DNA of 64,000 nt from Adineta vaga (lineage: Eukaryota; Animalia; Rotifera): contig CP075494.1 of NCBI GenBank assembly GCA_021613535.1, forward strand, positions 9,982,001 to 10,046,000. Reading direction: 5' to 3'. A program made the position numbers and the translations under genes. Under the pieces are notes generated by a model. That model worked only from the letters and a program-made list of their open reading frames with translations, ran no database searches and was not told where the DNA came from. Every line of letters begins with the position of its first letter. The stretch's first letter is position 1. Below are positions 44,282 through 56,514 of this stretch, piece after piece.

Positions 44282-46163
44282 ATGAATACCGGGAAACGTA
44301 AATATTTCGCAGTAAAAGATGATTTTTCTACATTACCATCTCCAGCAAAAAAGCGACTATTCCAAGTCATGTACGTCTTTCAAACGAATAATTTGTAGAT
44401 TGATTAATACATGTTTTATTCTCTAGGTCAGTGAAAATCAAATCACCTTTGATTCCTATTTTAAATATCTGTTATTTAAATCAATTACCAACTGAGATAC
44501 GTGATTTGATCTTTTTCAAATTATCTCGTATGTATTTGTTTTGAAATCTGTTTTTATTTCACATGGTTTCTTCGCTGCCTTTATTATAGCATATGATCTT
44601 CATCAATTAGCTAGTACGAGTAATGAATATTTTACTATTATTTTAAACTTTCTTCGATCATCAATGGGTACTCGTTATTTGAAAAGTGTAGTAGAAACAT
44701 CACCAGATCGTCGTCGATCAGGTGCTTGGGAACAACTTGGTAAGCATAGAATAGGACAAAAGAAAAATTCGATTTGATATTCATATTATTAGGTCGATTG
44801 TATGGATTAATGACAAGTCTATTGCCACTTTCACGTCGAATACAAATTATCAAAGACGCACTTTTTTCCAAAGTAAAAAAGAAAGCAAACATTTTGTCTA
44901 TTTTTAATTGATCGCTGTTCTATCTTTTGGTTCAATAGTTGAATTTAATATGTGATGGTACATCACTCGATGATTTATACCATCTTGGTCGATTTTTTGG
45001 TGAATTTACAAGACAATGGTCTGAACGAGAAATTGCTTGGACATTTTCTCAATTTGATACTCATTTACAATTGAAGAAAAAAATCGATCGATTTTATTCG
45101 TGTGAACACGGTATATATTTCTCATTTGATTGATTTATTCAGTATATAAAACATATCTTTTCTTTAGTTGGCATTGAAATTGAACTTGAACATAAAATTC
45201 GTTCATGTTTTCGTTTTGTCTATTTTGATTCTATTCGATTATATGCACATCGTGGTTGTTTATTAAATGTTATTCTTTATCGACAACCAATTTGGTTTCA
45301 AGCACGACTTATGTATTTATTATTTGGGCCAATGTCATTAGGTAAAAGTTTTTATTTATTTCATTGAATTCGTTATAATCGAATTGATTTTTAGATAAAG
45401 TTGATTGGGAAAAATTTACTCGTGATCGATCAAATTTTTTTATTTATCCAAATGTGGATGAAGAACAAGCTTATTTTGATCTAAGTCGAGCTTTTAATGT
45501 TCTTAGTCGATCAGTACATGCACAAAAAGCATGGAATAGTAATAGTAAATTGGCTTTATTGAACGAACTCATTGGTAAAAGAAAATATCGTCTAGTTCTT
45601 TTCAAATTCGAATAACGATTGTTGTTTTTTTTTAGCACAACCAACTCCATGGAAAACCGAATATGTCGCTGAATTATTATTCTATTGTGGCAGAGAACTA
45701 TTAACGAATGTACTCATTGCATTTGCTGTAAATAACAATTTTCTGTTTCGATGAACAAAAAATGAAATTTTTTCTATTTAGATGAAAAATTATCATAAAG
45801 AATATGCTCAATTAGTTCATTCATTATGTATTGTAAGTTAGAAGACAAAAAAAACTAACTAAATGTATTTGTTGTTAAATATCATAGGTTGCTCGTCAAC
45901 GTAAAGCTTATTATGAAATAATTCAATTAGCTATTGAAGATTCATTTGAACGTTGTACACTTGGTGCTCAAAGAAATTCGATTATTGTTCATTTACAAAA
46001 TGCATTTCGTTGTATAACAAGAAATGTTATTGCTGTTTTAGCTTCGGCGACAATAACCGTTACCGATCAATTACATTATTTACAACAACTTGAAGCATTA
46101 GATGCTCAAAAAGCTTCACTGATTTCTTATCTTTTAACAAGTCAATTTGATGAAGTCAATTAA
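44282..46163 (+). CDS. FBXO47: F-box only protein 47-like (PROM-1-like), multi-exon
   Basis: F-box LNQLPTEIRDLIFFKLS/YDLHQLASTS and QPIWFQARLMYLLFGP...VDW, recalled as characteristic of FBXO47; frame appears continuous across short introns. Confidence 0.62.
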
Positions 46164-46807
46164 AATTCTTTACTATTTCGATTTTTTTCTTGTCTTTTTC
46201 TTTTATAATTACATATTTACATGTATTTATTTCTTTTAAATCCTGTTTTATATTGTAAAGCTCAATGATATATTGTTTCTCTTTCATTCTGTTGTGTGAA
46301 TTCTATTGAACGATTTATGTTAATATTTTCTCTGAAATATTGTTTTCTTTTCAAACACGATGAACGAAACAAAATACGATCAAGGAACAAACATAAATTA
46401 AACTTAGGTTTTTGCAATTGGTATTAAGTTACATGAACGTAAAACTAGGGCCAAAGAAGTAACTCTGCTTAAAAGATATTTGAATAGAAAATAAATATTG
46501 TAATGATTGATTTGGTGGAAAACTCGACTCTGTTTTGTAACAGAATGATCTCAACATGACGAGTTATTTTCAAATGGATATCGCTCTTTTATCAAACTTT
46601 CACATCAATAAGGAAGATGTATTTGATTATTCAATATATTCTGTCATCTTAGTGGCGATATACACTAACCCCTTCGATTAACATAATTAACGTGTCGATT
46701 TTAGAAGATGTTGGCTTTTACTATAAAGAATTCAAAGTTATACATATTCGCACTTCAATGGTTGGTCCAATAGCAAAGTGAAAATACAAAAGATTGTTTT
46801 CTATTAA

Positions 46808-47380
46808 ACTTGACTAAAAGATAACCGAGTATAGAGAAATCGAATCTGAAATTAGTTTTTTTTAAAACTATACAAACAAATAGCTTGATGATAGTTTAGA
46901 AACATGATTTCCATGAGAAAAAGAATCTTCTTGACATTCACAGATGCCAAAGAATTATCAACAGGTTCTACACGTCGATCTATTGTTTAAAAATATTTTC
47001 ATAGTATACAATTATTGCATTGCTGATGTTCTGTAAAGGCATTCGATGGAATATGTTCTTAATGTCATTTCTCTATGAATGATATAATGATACATACCAT
47101 AGTGAACTTCGCAGATACAACCTGTTGATACTACCATTTTTCAGTACCACCATCAATAGATAACGTTCTTACGAACCCTTCACAACTCAAAAGCACGATG
47201 TACCAAGATGAATACAGGCCTGTGTTAGAGTGTGCTTCAGTGTCTACATTCAAAGCCATACGCTTTCGTTTCTCATACAAGAGATATTTCTCCGCCTTCA
47301 CGTTGCTGCAAACGCTTGCGAGATGGAGGTGTTTTCAGCATGATCACAGGTGTATTCATTTACAGAATGGAAATAGATAG
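46808..47380 (+). repeat. Conserved upstream module, copy 3 (inverted), truncated just before the TATA box
   Basis: Reverse complement of 17497-16983 and of 19503-19163; homology stops abruptly after GAAATAGATAG at 47380. Confidence 0.9.
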
Positions 47381-47930
47381 ATCTGAACGAATTTGTTTAG
47401 ACTTGTTCTTGTGGAATGATTCTTTGTATTTACTTGCTCAAAGCTGGTCGTCGACGAGTCAAAGAAAATGTCACGAGGTTTTGGTATGACTGTAATCAGA
47501 AAAACACGTCGTGTAATCCAAGCATACATCGTCATTCCTCTGTATTTGGTTAATTATGTCTCGATAATCTCGAACTTTTTTCTCTTGTCAATAAATCGAA
47601 TGTACTTGGATTATTTCTTTTTGGTTCCTTATTCATGTGAATAGATGAACGATGCCATATCTTTAGTCAAACATCAATGGTTTTCATTCGTTCAAAACTC
47701 GTCAAATTTCTCCTTAAGAACATTCTTCGCCAATGTCATTCATCTATAATTGACATTTCAACATCGCTCTGACGTTTCCTAACTGCACAAACAAAATCGA
47801 TTATCTCTCCTGAGCAAACATGAGAATTCCCTTCGATCCACAAAGGAATTTGTTAACGAGTTCAGAGAAAACCATATTCTCATGAATGTTTTTACTAGAA
47901 AAAAAACTTCTTCATACACGTACTGTTTAC

Positions 47931-48508
47931 CAGAGAGCGAAACGAGGCAACATTTTACTGCCTCGCCTCGCTTCGCCTCGGTTTTTTAGAATGTTATAGA
48001 AACTAGTATCGAGAATGTCATCTTTGCTGAAAATATAATCTATTTTTGTGATACTTGCAATATGTAATGCCTTAGATTCTTTTTCAATTCATCTGACATA
48101 ATTTTATTTTCTAATAAGCCAACAAGAAATAACAATGACAAAAAATAATTAGTAAAGAATATTTTACATCTTCATTCTGTTATTTTCAGTCCACCGTAGA
48201 AGCAATATATTATTAACTGTTGATGGTTCGATTGTAGATCGCCGTTGCGAGACAATTTGTCCCGCAGCACTAAATTCTCGTTCCACGGTTTCGAAACTAC
48301 ATGAGATACAAAAATATCTATTAGCCAAACGAGATAGACATGGAAATGTTGATTCGTCTATTTAGTCATAGATTGTATGCGCTTGTCGTTCATAGAATTG
48401 AAAAGCGAATAGAAAAAATATTATTTCTTATCAATATATATGTCGGTAAAAGTCGAGGGGATACTTCTCGCTTCGCCTCGACTGTTTGACGCCTCGTTTC
48501 GGGCTCTG
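47931..48508 (-). mobile_element. Non-autonomous hAT DNA transposon (internally deleted, 578 bp)
   Basis: TIRs CAGAGAGCGAAACGAGGC / CAGAGCCCGAAACGAGGC (16/18), degenerate 8-bp TSD CTGTTTAC / CTATTTAG, subterminal GCCTC repeats, hAT dimerisation remnant FPCLSRLANRYFCISCSFETVEREFSAAGQIVSQRRSTIEPSTVNNILLLR at ~48164-48362 (-). Confidence 0.88.
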
Positions 48509-51500
48509 CTATTTAGCAAACATCGCCTTCACCGCCATTTATTTTGCTTTACTTGCTTCGATGATGTGCTGTCGCTAATAGGAAAGTCAGTTCGATAGAT
48601 TCGAATAGATGACGCACTAACATACTGATTGAACATCAGAAAAATATTGTTTGAGCATTACCGTATCATATTAATGAGTTATCAATTAGATAACCGTGTG
48701 ATTAGAATTCCTTGCTGAATTTAACTCTTGATTATCGACGCAATATGATGAAAACAGATTCAAGTACGCATCGTGTATTTCAGTGTTGTGTTTCATAATC
48801 AATCAAGTATATAAAAACTAGTAGTCATCTACACACACACTCGATTCGCGAATCACTGATCAATTGATCGATTTGATAACAATATATCTATGGGCAAAAT
48901 ACCTTGTTATAAAGCATGCAGTAAGCAGTTTGAAAGTGCACACTTCTCAACTGAAAGCTTTGTATATATTTCCTAGTTTCTCTGATACATTCAGCTGTAT
49001 ATTACGGATAAAGTATTGATACAGTTGAAGCTGAAAAATGAAAATCATATACATCATAGTGATTCATTTTGTTTCGCTTTGTTTCTGTGCGCAACTATTG
49101 CTGTTGATAGTCTATTATGTTATTTACAATTACAATAGTCACATCTTCCAAGATATTTGACTATTCGTTAATCCTTCGACGATGTGACACATTTATTCTG
49201 ATGTTTTTCAAAGAATCGTCAGAGATTGATATTAGTTTCAGATTTAGACCCTAGTAAACCTTGGTAAAACCTGGTAGAACCTAGTAGACAGACACGGAAA
49301 ACACATGAACCATCGGAAAGATTTCTAGAACGTAAAACAAAAGACAAAAAACCAATAACAATACATATCTACAAAAATTCGAAGAAATATTGTTCTAACT
49401 AGTAATGAAAAGAATTATGGAACAATAACAATTTCTTGCACACAACTTTATCTTCATATTGAAATTCCATATGAATAACACGATCAATTATAGTCAATAG
49501 CTTTATTATCTACTCAAATAATAAATAACATCCAGAGAAATGCTTTGAATTAACTTTTCTTTTGATATTTTTAACCTATGCACTAGAACATATTCGTTTT
49601 GAATTTTCTTCAGAACACTCGCAATTGGAAAACGATGATCGACTTCATTTTATTTTGATTCAGTTTCACTGACCGCTTCTTTCATACTCCCAAGCTCGAA
49701 CGAGAAACCGCCCACTAACAACAAAGAAAACTCAATATTTTTGAAAATGGCATTATCTATCAATGAAGAGTCTACGATACAGATTGTTATCAGTCATCAA
49801 GTACCCAACTTTAGGATTCTGATCAATCTATCTGCCTATGCCGAGAACAGAACAGAAGAATTAATCTCTCTAAACAGTAGGAAGAAGACATCAACTGAGT
49901 ACTATAAACCCTAGACGATAGTGCTATGAACTTTGTCACTTCTTCATATTGTTATAAATTCAAAACGAACATTGATTTTCCGACCAAAACTCAAATATTG
50001 ATCTTAATCAAAATGTGTCACTTGGACGAACGTTGCCATACTCGCCATCGAGGTTCTCTAGATTCGACTGTTAGATAAGCAATACTTGTCTACTGATAAT
50101 CTTCTTTCTCAATACGTACTCTTTCTCGAGCTACTCTGTACAGATACAAAAGTGTTATTGATATCGGACAGACGAACAAGATTCTTTCATATGTTGAAAA
50201 GAATAGGTTACATATTCTGACAGAAACATGTTTGATTATGATTAAATTGATCGAAATCATATTTCTTATGTAAACTGGCAACTTTGACAAACTGCGAACT
50301 ATTTTCAACTCGATCTTATTCTATGATACACTCACTTGTTCATCATGCCTAACAATACCGAAATTGAATCACTTGAACTCAAACTGTCGGAAGCAAACTA
50401 TGCTGATCATCATGATTGATAGTATATTGTGTGAAACTACAGTACGAGCTGTTGTCACACGAGAACTTCTCACAGTACAACAAGAACAAATTTAATATGT
50501 CAAAGTAAATCCATCCATCAATCATCTTCACATTATTGAACAAACATCGATGTTTGAATCTATAGCTTACAAATCCGATTACACCAATTGTTGATTTCAT
50601 TTCGAAACCAACACACTATATCATTACAATCAACAATAAGTATATCATCACAACAACTGACATCGTAATATTTCTTTCTGGAGAAAAATCAGAAACAAAA
50701 CGTATTCCAAATTTTACAGCTTTATTGCACTTTAGTCACTGTTTCTTTCATATCGAGTGAGCGAAAAACTTTTACAATCTGTTTTGACATCCACTAGAAG
50801 ACATTCTATACTGAATGAAACAAAATTTATTTAGATTATTCATACAAATAAGCAGACAGAGCAAAAACTAAAAAATCAGACACAGAAAGCCGAAGAAAGC
50901 GACAAGAAAAACGAAAACAAACAAATTATTTGATCAAAATTATTGTTAAAATGGCGCCCATGACGACACCAACCACAATCATACACCAATCACGATACCA
51001 GAGTCGAGACGATGATAATGACATTGATGCTGGTGGTAGCAGCATCGTTAGAGGAAACGGTGGCGGTTGGTAACTGCGTTTCTAGAATGGATACAAAAAA
51101 AAATAAGGAGATGTTCAAATGTTATACGACTGTGTAGAGTTCTAGCCGACAAAATCTGATTTAGAATGAAAAAGGTGACTCATTGAACGAATTGGTGTTA
51201 ATGATCTTGCACGACACATGTTTGAATGAAATGGAATGATCGAGATATGTATGAGAAAGCAACGTCACGTCGATGAACATGTTATATATCTATACGTTTA
51301 ACGATGGCGGACGAGTGTTTGATTCTTTTTTCTCTGACGGTCAACTTGTATGAAAGGACCATCTCCACTGAGTATTCAACAAGATGAACAATGTTCCTTT
51401 TCAATATTCACGCCGTCGAACATACACCGACTATATCACAGAGCACGACATTCAGCATTTTGTGTCTTATTTGATTTTTATCTATTCATACATAATCAAT

Positions 51501-51879
51501 ATATATTTTATTAGCTGAAAGAAATGCTACAGTAGATGTGCCTCGATTTCTGTGTATGTGAAAATGACATTTTACTAATATTTTAAATTCTGAATTTAGT
51601 TTATGTATTACAATCGTGAATCACAATTACTATTAATATTTCTTGTTCCGATCATGCTCACTGTTCTGATGACGAATAGAATCTCTTATCACATACGATC
51701 CTGCTTACAACTTCAGCAGATGCTCACGATCTCGTACGATGACACTCAATCGTGACCGTGCTGACAACGATGACGCACAACACTGCCATCGACTACAAAA
51801 AGAGCTGGCGTGATATAAGTATAATATAAGTTATAATACAAGACGTCGTTTATGAAGTCGAGAGTACCTTACAATACCA

Positions 51880-52238
51880 ATATAGAACCTCTTCTACATG
51901 TAGCATTGTCGTGCGATGACAGATAATAGAACGGGTTGTGCATTTAATAACGACAAATATTAACCACCTGTTATATTTATGAGTATGACTATTTCGGAAA
52001 AATACAACGTAGAAAGCTGTCCTACCGGTGTTGTTTGCCAAGGCATGAGAGAAAAGTCGGTAAACAATATCGCCGGGTTCAATTCCAACAACCACTAATG
52101 TAATCTCTATCCTACCCAAAGCATGTGATAATCTCCATAGATCTCGACTTCGACATGGACATCGATTGTTGAGTAGACCACATGGTGGACCGTTCGTCAC
52201 CAAGATTACCAATTTTTCATAAAATCGATCGACGTAAG
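51880..52238 (-). pseudogene. 5'-truncated von Willebrand A domain gene fragment with an in-frame stop
   Basis: KLVILVTNGPPCGL...CPC...ITLVVVGIEP...ALANNTG; after the intron 52025-51968 it reads GG*YLSLLNAQ (TAA at 51962-51960); 5' part cut off by the foldback element. Confidence 0.6.
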
Positions 52239-52809
52239 CATTGGCGGCGCAGAGACTTTCGAACCTAATATATTTCAACTTCAGAACATGGGTCCCAGAT
52301 GAAATTTATGGATGATAATATGGGACCCAAATGATGACTTTTTATGCAAAAAAAAATTGTGATTGAAGTTTGCAAAAAAAAATTAGTTTTTTTAAATGTC
52401 TCCCCAGACTATTCTTTCCGGTTTGAGAGATACTCGGAATTTTAGAATGTGATCGTAATCTACATCGAAAAATATGCATCCGTTCAGGAGTTATAACATT
52501 TTGAATATTTGTTCTGTTTTTTGGGATATTAAAAAAAAATTGAAAATCTTATAACTCTCGAACGGATGCATATTTTTCGATGAAATTTGAAAGCTGTCGA
52601 TAAAATTCGATGTAGATTACGATCACATTCTAAAATTCCGAGTATCTCTCAAACCGGAAAGAAAAGTCTGGAGAGGCAATTAAAAAAACTAATTTTTTTT
52701 GCATAAAAAGTCATCATTTGGGTCCCATATCATCATCAATAAATTTCATCTGGGACCCATGTTCTGAAGTTGAAATATATTAGGTTCGAAAGTCCCTGCG
52801 CCGCCATTG
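52239..52809. mobile_element. Foldback/MITE-type element, ~570 bp, almost entirely inverted repeat
   Basis: Arms start CA(T/A)TGGCGGCGCAG(A/G)GACTTTCGAACCTAATATATTTCAACTTCAGAACATGGGTCCC and match for ~250 bp with indels; flanks GACGTAAG and TTGATGGC do not form a TSD. Confidence 0.88.
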
Positions 52810-52909
52810 TTGATGGCCTCTTTGCTTCTAGTAATGCAGCTCATCCAAATGCTAAAGGTTATGCTAAAATTGGTGAAGTAGTTGGTGCATATCTCTTAGC
52901 AGATCAATA
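52810..52909 (+). pseudogene. 3' remnant of an SGNH hydrolase paralog
   Basis: VDGLFASSNAAHPNAKGYAKIGEVVGAYLLADQ-stop, about 5 nt differences from the reverse complement of 16104-16205; 3' flank homology continues to ~53045. Confidence 0.9.
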
Positions 52910-53905
52910 AATATGATAATCTCTCCACGCATAATTATATGTGTATATCGAATGATTGGTTGTTACTATCTTCCTTTTCAGTCTTATTATTGACAAAATA
53001 AACGAAACATCATTTTGAGAACTATTTCATAAGAGAATTCAGGTACAATAACATTTAATCAATAAATTTATATTCTGTGATTTAATTCACAAACGGTTCT
53101 TCCCATTGACATATACAATGATCTTACTTGTAAAGAAAAAATAGTTGAATGCATTTTTTATCTGTTGAGTGATTATTGATCAAAATAATGAAGGAAAAAG
53201 ATAGAACGATGTATGATTATGATAATACATACATTTGCGTTTTCTTTTTTTTATCTTTGTCGATGACTACGTATGATTTATAACCTTTCATAGTTTCTTG
53301 AAACTATATGCATAGATGAAAAACAACATAAAGTGTTTCAATCTAAATTTTTTTTGAACATAATCATATTTGGTTGGCATATCTCATTCATGAAATATTC
53401 TCATCGCAAAATCATAAATTAGTCAAAACGAGAATTGAGTTTGTAATTCAGACACGCTACTATAGATAATAATAGAATACAAATGCTATCCTGATTCGAC
53501 AATTCATTGTGATATAAGGATAACATGCTTTAGCATAAAAACTATCGAAACAAACAGGTAAGCCATATTCATTTTATAATAGAATAAAATAGACTATTCC
53601 ATGAGAAATATTGATGTTGTTCGAGATTTTCTATTTCTATTCAATTGTAATGCCACCATCGACTACTTTTTAGTTCGTATCCATATCGAACAAAACATTG
53701 CCTTCATTTACCATACATATATGCTCCTACTTGAAATTTGATTGGTTGATTGCGAAACCAACGAAAAGTGATGACGATGATCGATCAGCTGTGGTAATAA
53801 ACATTCATTCATGGACAGTTGTTGTTACTTGTTATATCAGTATACCTATATAAACATACTCGCTTCTACTTTGTTTTTCATTTCAGTTTTTTCATTCCAA
53901 AAATC

Positions 53906-55558
53906 ATGGCACAGAGCTGGGCCGAACTATTACGTGTCGCTGATAGTAATAGTCGATCTGCAACTGAAAAAGTAATTACATTTCAATGGAGAAAAAGAAA
54001 GGATTTGCATTTCTTTTTTTCTAGCTTGAAGAAGAGCGACGTAAACGTGAACGATTAAATCAAAAAATAGAAAAATCTCGAACAGTTGATCAATCAGCTA
54101 TTCAAAAGATTCTCGAACGACGACGTCGAGAACAAGAGCAAAAACTAGCTGGTTAGATTGAATATTTTTTTTCGATTACAAACTTTTCTTTTTCGTAGAA
54201 GAACAGCGACTGAAAAGAGCAAATGAATTAAAAAAACAACAAAAAGCAGTAATTCAAACAAAAAAACAATCTCAGAATAAACCGAATTCATCTCAACAAA
54301 CACCACCATCACTACCGCCCCCACCTCCTGCTGCTAAACCTCCAGTTGTCACCAAGAAGCCAAAGCCAAACATTTCCTACGAAGATCTTATGCGATATGC
54401 ACAGTTGAAAGATAACAAACAACCAATACCGAAAGAATTAGCTTACGTTGCTGATGCACTGCGAGTGCAAAAGCCATCCACGTCAAGTTCAACTTCTAAT
54501 AAACCATCATCTTCAAATGCGTCAAAACAAACCATTCCTAATTCAAAATCAGCTAAGACTACTACATCTAATTCAAAGAAATACATTCCACCTACTAAAG
54601 TGACAAAAACTAATTCAACAATTAAATCAACTGTACAAACAAAAACGAAATCCAATACGTCAATTCCGTCATCATCGTCGTCGTCGTTGTCATCATTGAA
54701 AAGCACCAAACAGCCAGTTAAAACTTCTGCTATAAACGGACAAAAACCGTCAGTCAATGGGCAAAAAATACTACAAAGTTCAATAACAAATGGATCAAAA
54801 GCATTATCACAAAATCGAACATCTACAGGACAGAAGGTACCTCAAAGTCAAACTTCAAATATACAAAGATCATCATTGCCGAATCGACCAATGAATGGTC
54901 AACGGCCATTACCATCAAATCGAATGATGAATGGGCAAAGACCATCAGTTGTACCTTGTAAGTTAATCACATATTTGTCTACAAAAGTAGTTTCATCGTC
55001 ATTAAACAATAATGATCACTTTTTCCTCTAGCTCGAAAACGGCCTGTTCTCGAAGATTCAGAAGATGAGGAAGATGATGCAGGTATTATGGAAAAACTGA
55101 TGATAATCTTTCCAATAGAATTTTATTATATTTTTCTTTCTAGAAATGCGTGATTTTATCGTGGACGATGAAGATGACACTGGATTTGATTATCGACAAG
55201 CACTTCAAGAAACTCTGAAGAAGAACTTTCGTTTTGATCCAGATAGGTAAGAAATGATTTTCTTCTGTCGAACTAACTTTTCATTAATTCTTTATTCAGA
55301 TATCGTAGTCGATTCTTAGATGATGATGATGATGATGATTTACAAAATATGGAATCATCATTTGATCAAATACAAAAAGAGGAATATTTCAGGTAAATAT
55401 ATATATATATATACGTATAAACTTTATAAAATCGCAATTATTTCATTTTTAGTGGACAACAAGGTCTTCGGGAAGATCTCGAAGATATCATGCGCGAAGA
55501 AGCAGAGAAAAAACAACGTTCGATACAAATGAAAAAACGTCCTAAATCTTCTACATAA
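53906..55558 (+). CDS. SPTY2D1: SPT2 chromatin protein homolog
   Basis: MAQSWAELLRVA, SYEDLMRYAQ, Ser/Lys-rich middle, C-terminal MRDFIVDD...NMESSFDQIQKEEYFSGQQGLREDLED; ATTGG box at 53741-53745 upstream. Confidence 0.85.
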
Positions 55559-55825
55559 CATTTATATGAACAGTTTCTTTTTCTGTATCTCTTGTTTATA
55601 TTTATTTTTCTATATACGAATTCAACGCGATATGGTTATTTATTCTTCCCATGTTTTCTACAATCAGTTTCTCTTACATTTGTTTATATTTTACTGTTAA
55701 ATAACAACAGAACATAAGTCTTTTTTTCTTGTTTTCTCTCTGTTCTTGCTTTTGTTTGATAAATCAGAGCAATAGAATAACAGAATATATACAGATTCTC
55801 CTTTTCTTTTTGTATTTATTCAAGA

Positions 55826-56494
55826 ATGTTTTTGAAAAATATCATTCGTCCATATTCAACTGGATGTGCAAGAGAAATTGTTAAATTCTACTATGATTTC
55901 AAATCACCATATAGTTATTTAGCATTAGATTCAGCATTTCAATTAGAAAAGGAGTACTCCGTTCAAGTACGTTTTCTTCCATGGGCATTTCGACCGGAAG
56001 AATCGTTCGGTGGAAATCTTCAAGAACGAAATCGATTAAATTGGAATAAAGTTCGATATTTATATTTGGATTGTCGACGATTTGCCAATGAACGTGGAAT
56101 GATTATTCGTGGTCCTGAACGTTTATTTAATTCACGTCTTTCATTAATTGCTGGTCTTTATGCAGATAAGAATAAGTTTTTTCCAAACTATGCTCAACAA
56201 ACATTCCAACGGTTCTTTAATAGACAATTAAATCTAGAAAATTTCGAAGAAATCACAAAAATTCTCTATGAAAACTCGACGAAAGATGTTTCGTTTGAAA
56301 AATTTATACAAGATTTTCAAACATATGTTCAAAATCAAGGTGAACAAGATTATCTCAATGCAGAGAAAGAAGCAGAACAAGATCGAATTTTTGGTGTTCC
56401 GACATTCATTATTCGTGATGAACCATTTTGGGGTAATGATCGAATCGAATGGGTAAAGAAGAAATTAGATTCATTGAAATTAAAGAAAACATAA
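55826..56494 (+). CDS. 2-hydroxychromene-2-carboxylate isomerase / DsbA-family (kappa-GST fold) protein, intronless, bacterial-like
   Basis: FYYDFKSPYSYLA, YLDCRRFANERG, IFGVPTFII, FWGNDRIEWV. Confidence 0.85.
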   Translation: MFLKNIIRPYSTGCAREIVKFYYDFKSPYSYLALDSAFQLEKEYSVQVRFLPWAFRPEESFGGNLQERNRLNWNKVRYLYLDCRRFANERGMIIRGPERLFNSRLSLIAGLYADKNKFFPNYAQQTFQRFFNRQLNLENFEEITKILYENSTKDVSFEKFIQDFQTYVQNQGEQDYLNAEKEAEQDRIFGVPTFIIRDEPFWGNDRIEWVKKKLDSLKLKKT

Positions 56495-56514
56495 GTATGA
56501 AAGTTGGACAAAGT

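Noticed and set aside
47381-47920. Coding-like sequence on the minus strand
   Set aside because: Multiple stops and no recognisable domain; cannot be assigned
49251-49290. Four degenerate 10-bp units (CTAGTAAACC-like)
   Set aside because: Too short and degenerate, no spacers; not a CRISPR array or telomeric repeat
49600-51100. Hydrophobic, exon-like fragments on the minus strand (~50930-51080, ~50380-50680)
   Set aside because: Interrupted by stops or frameshifts with no identifiable family; probably pseudogene debris but not supportable as a feature
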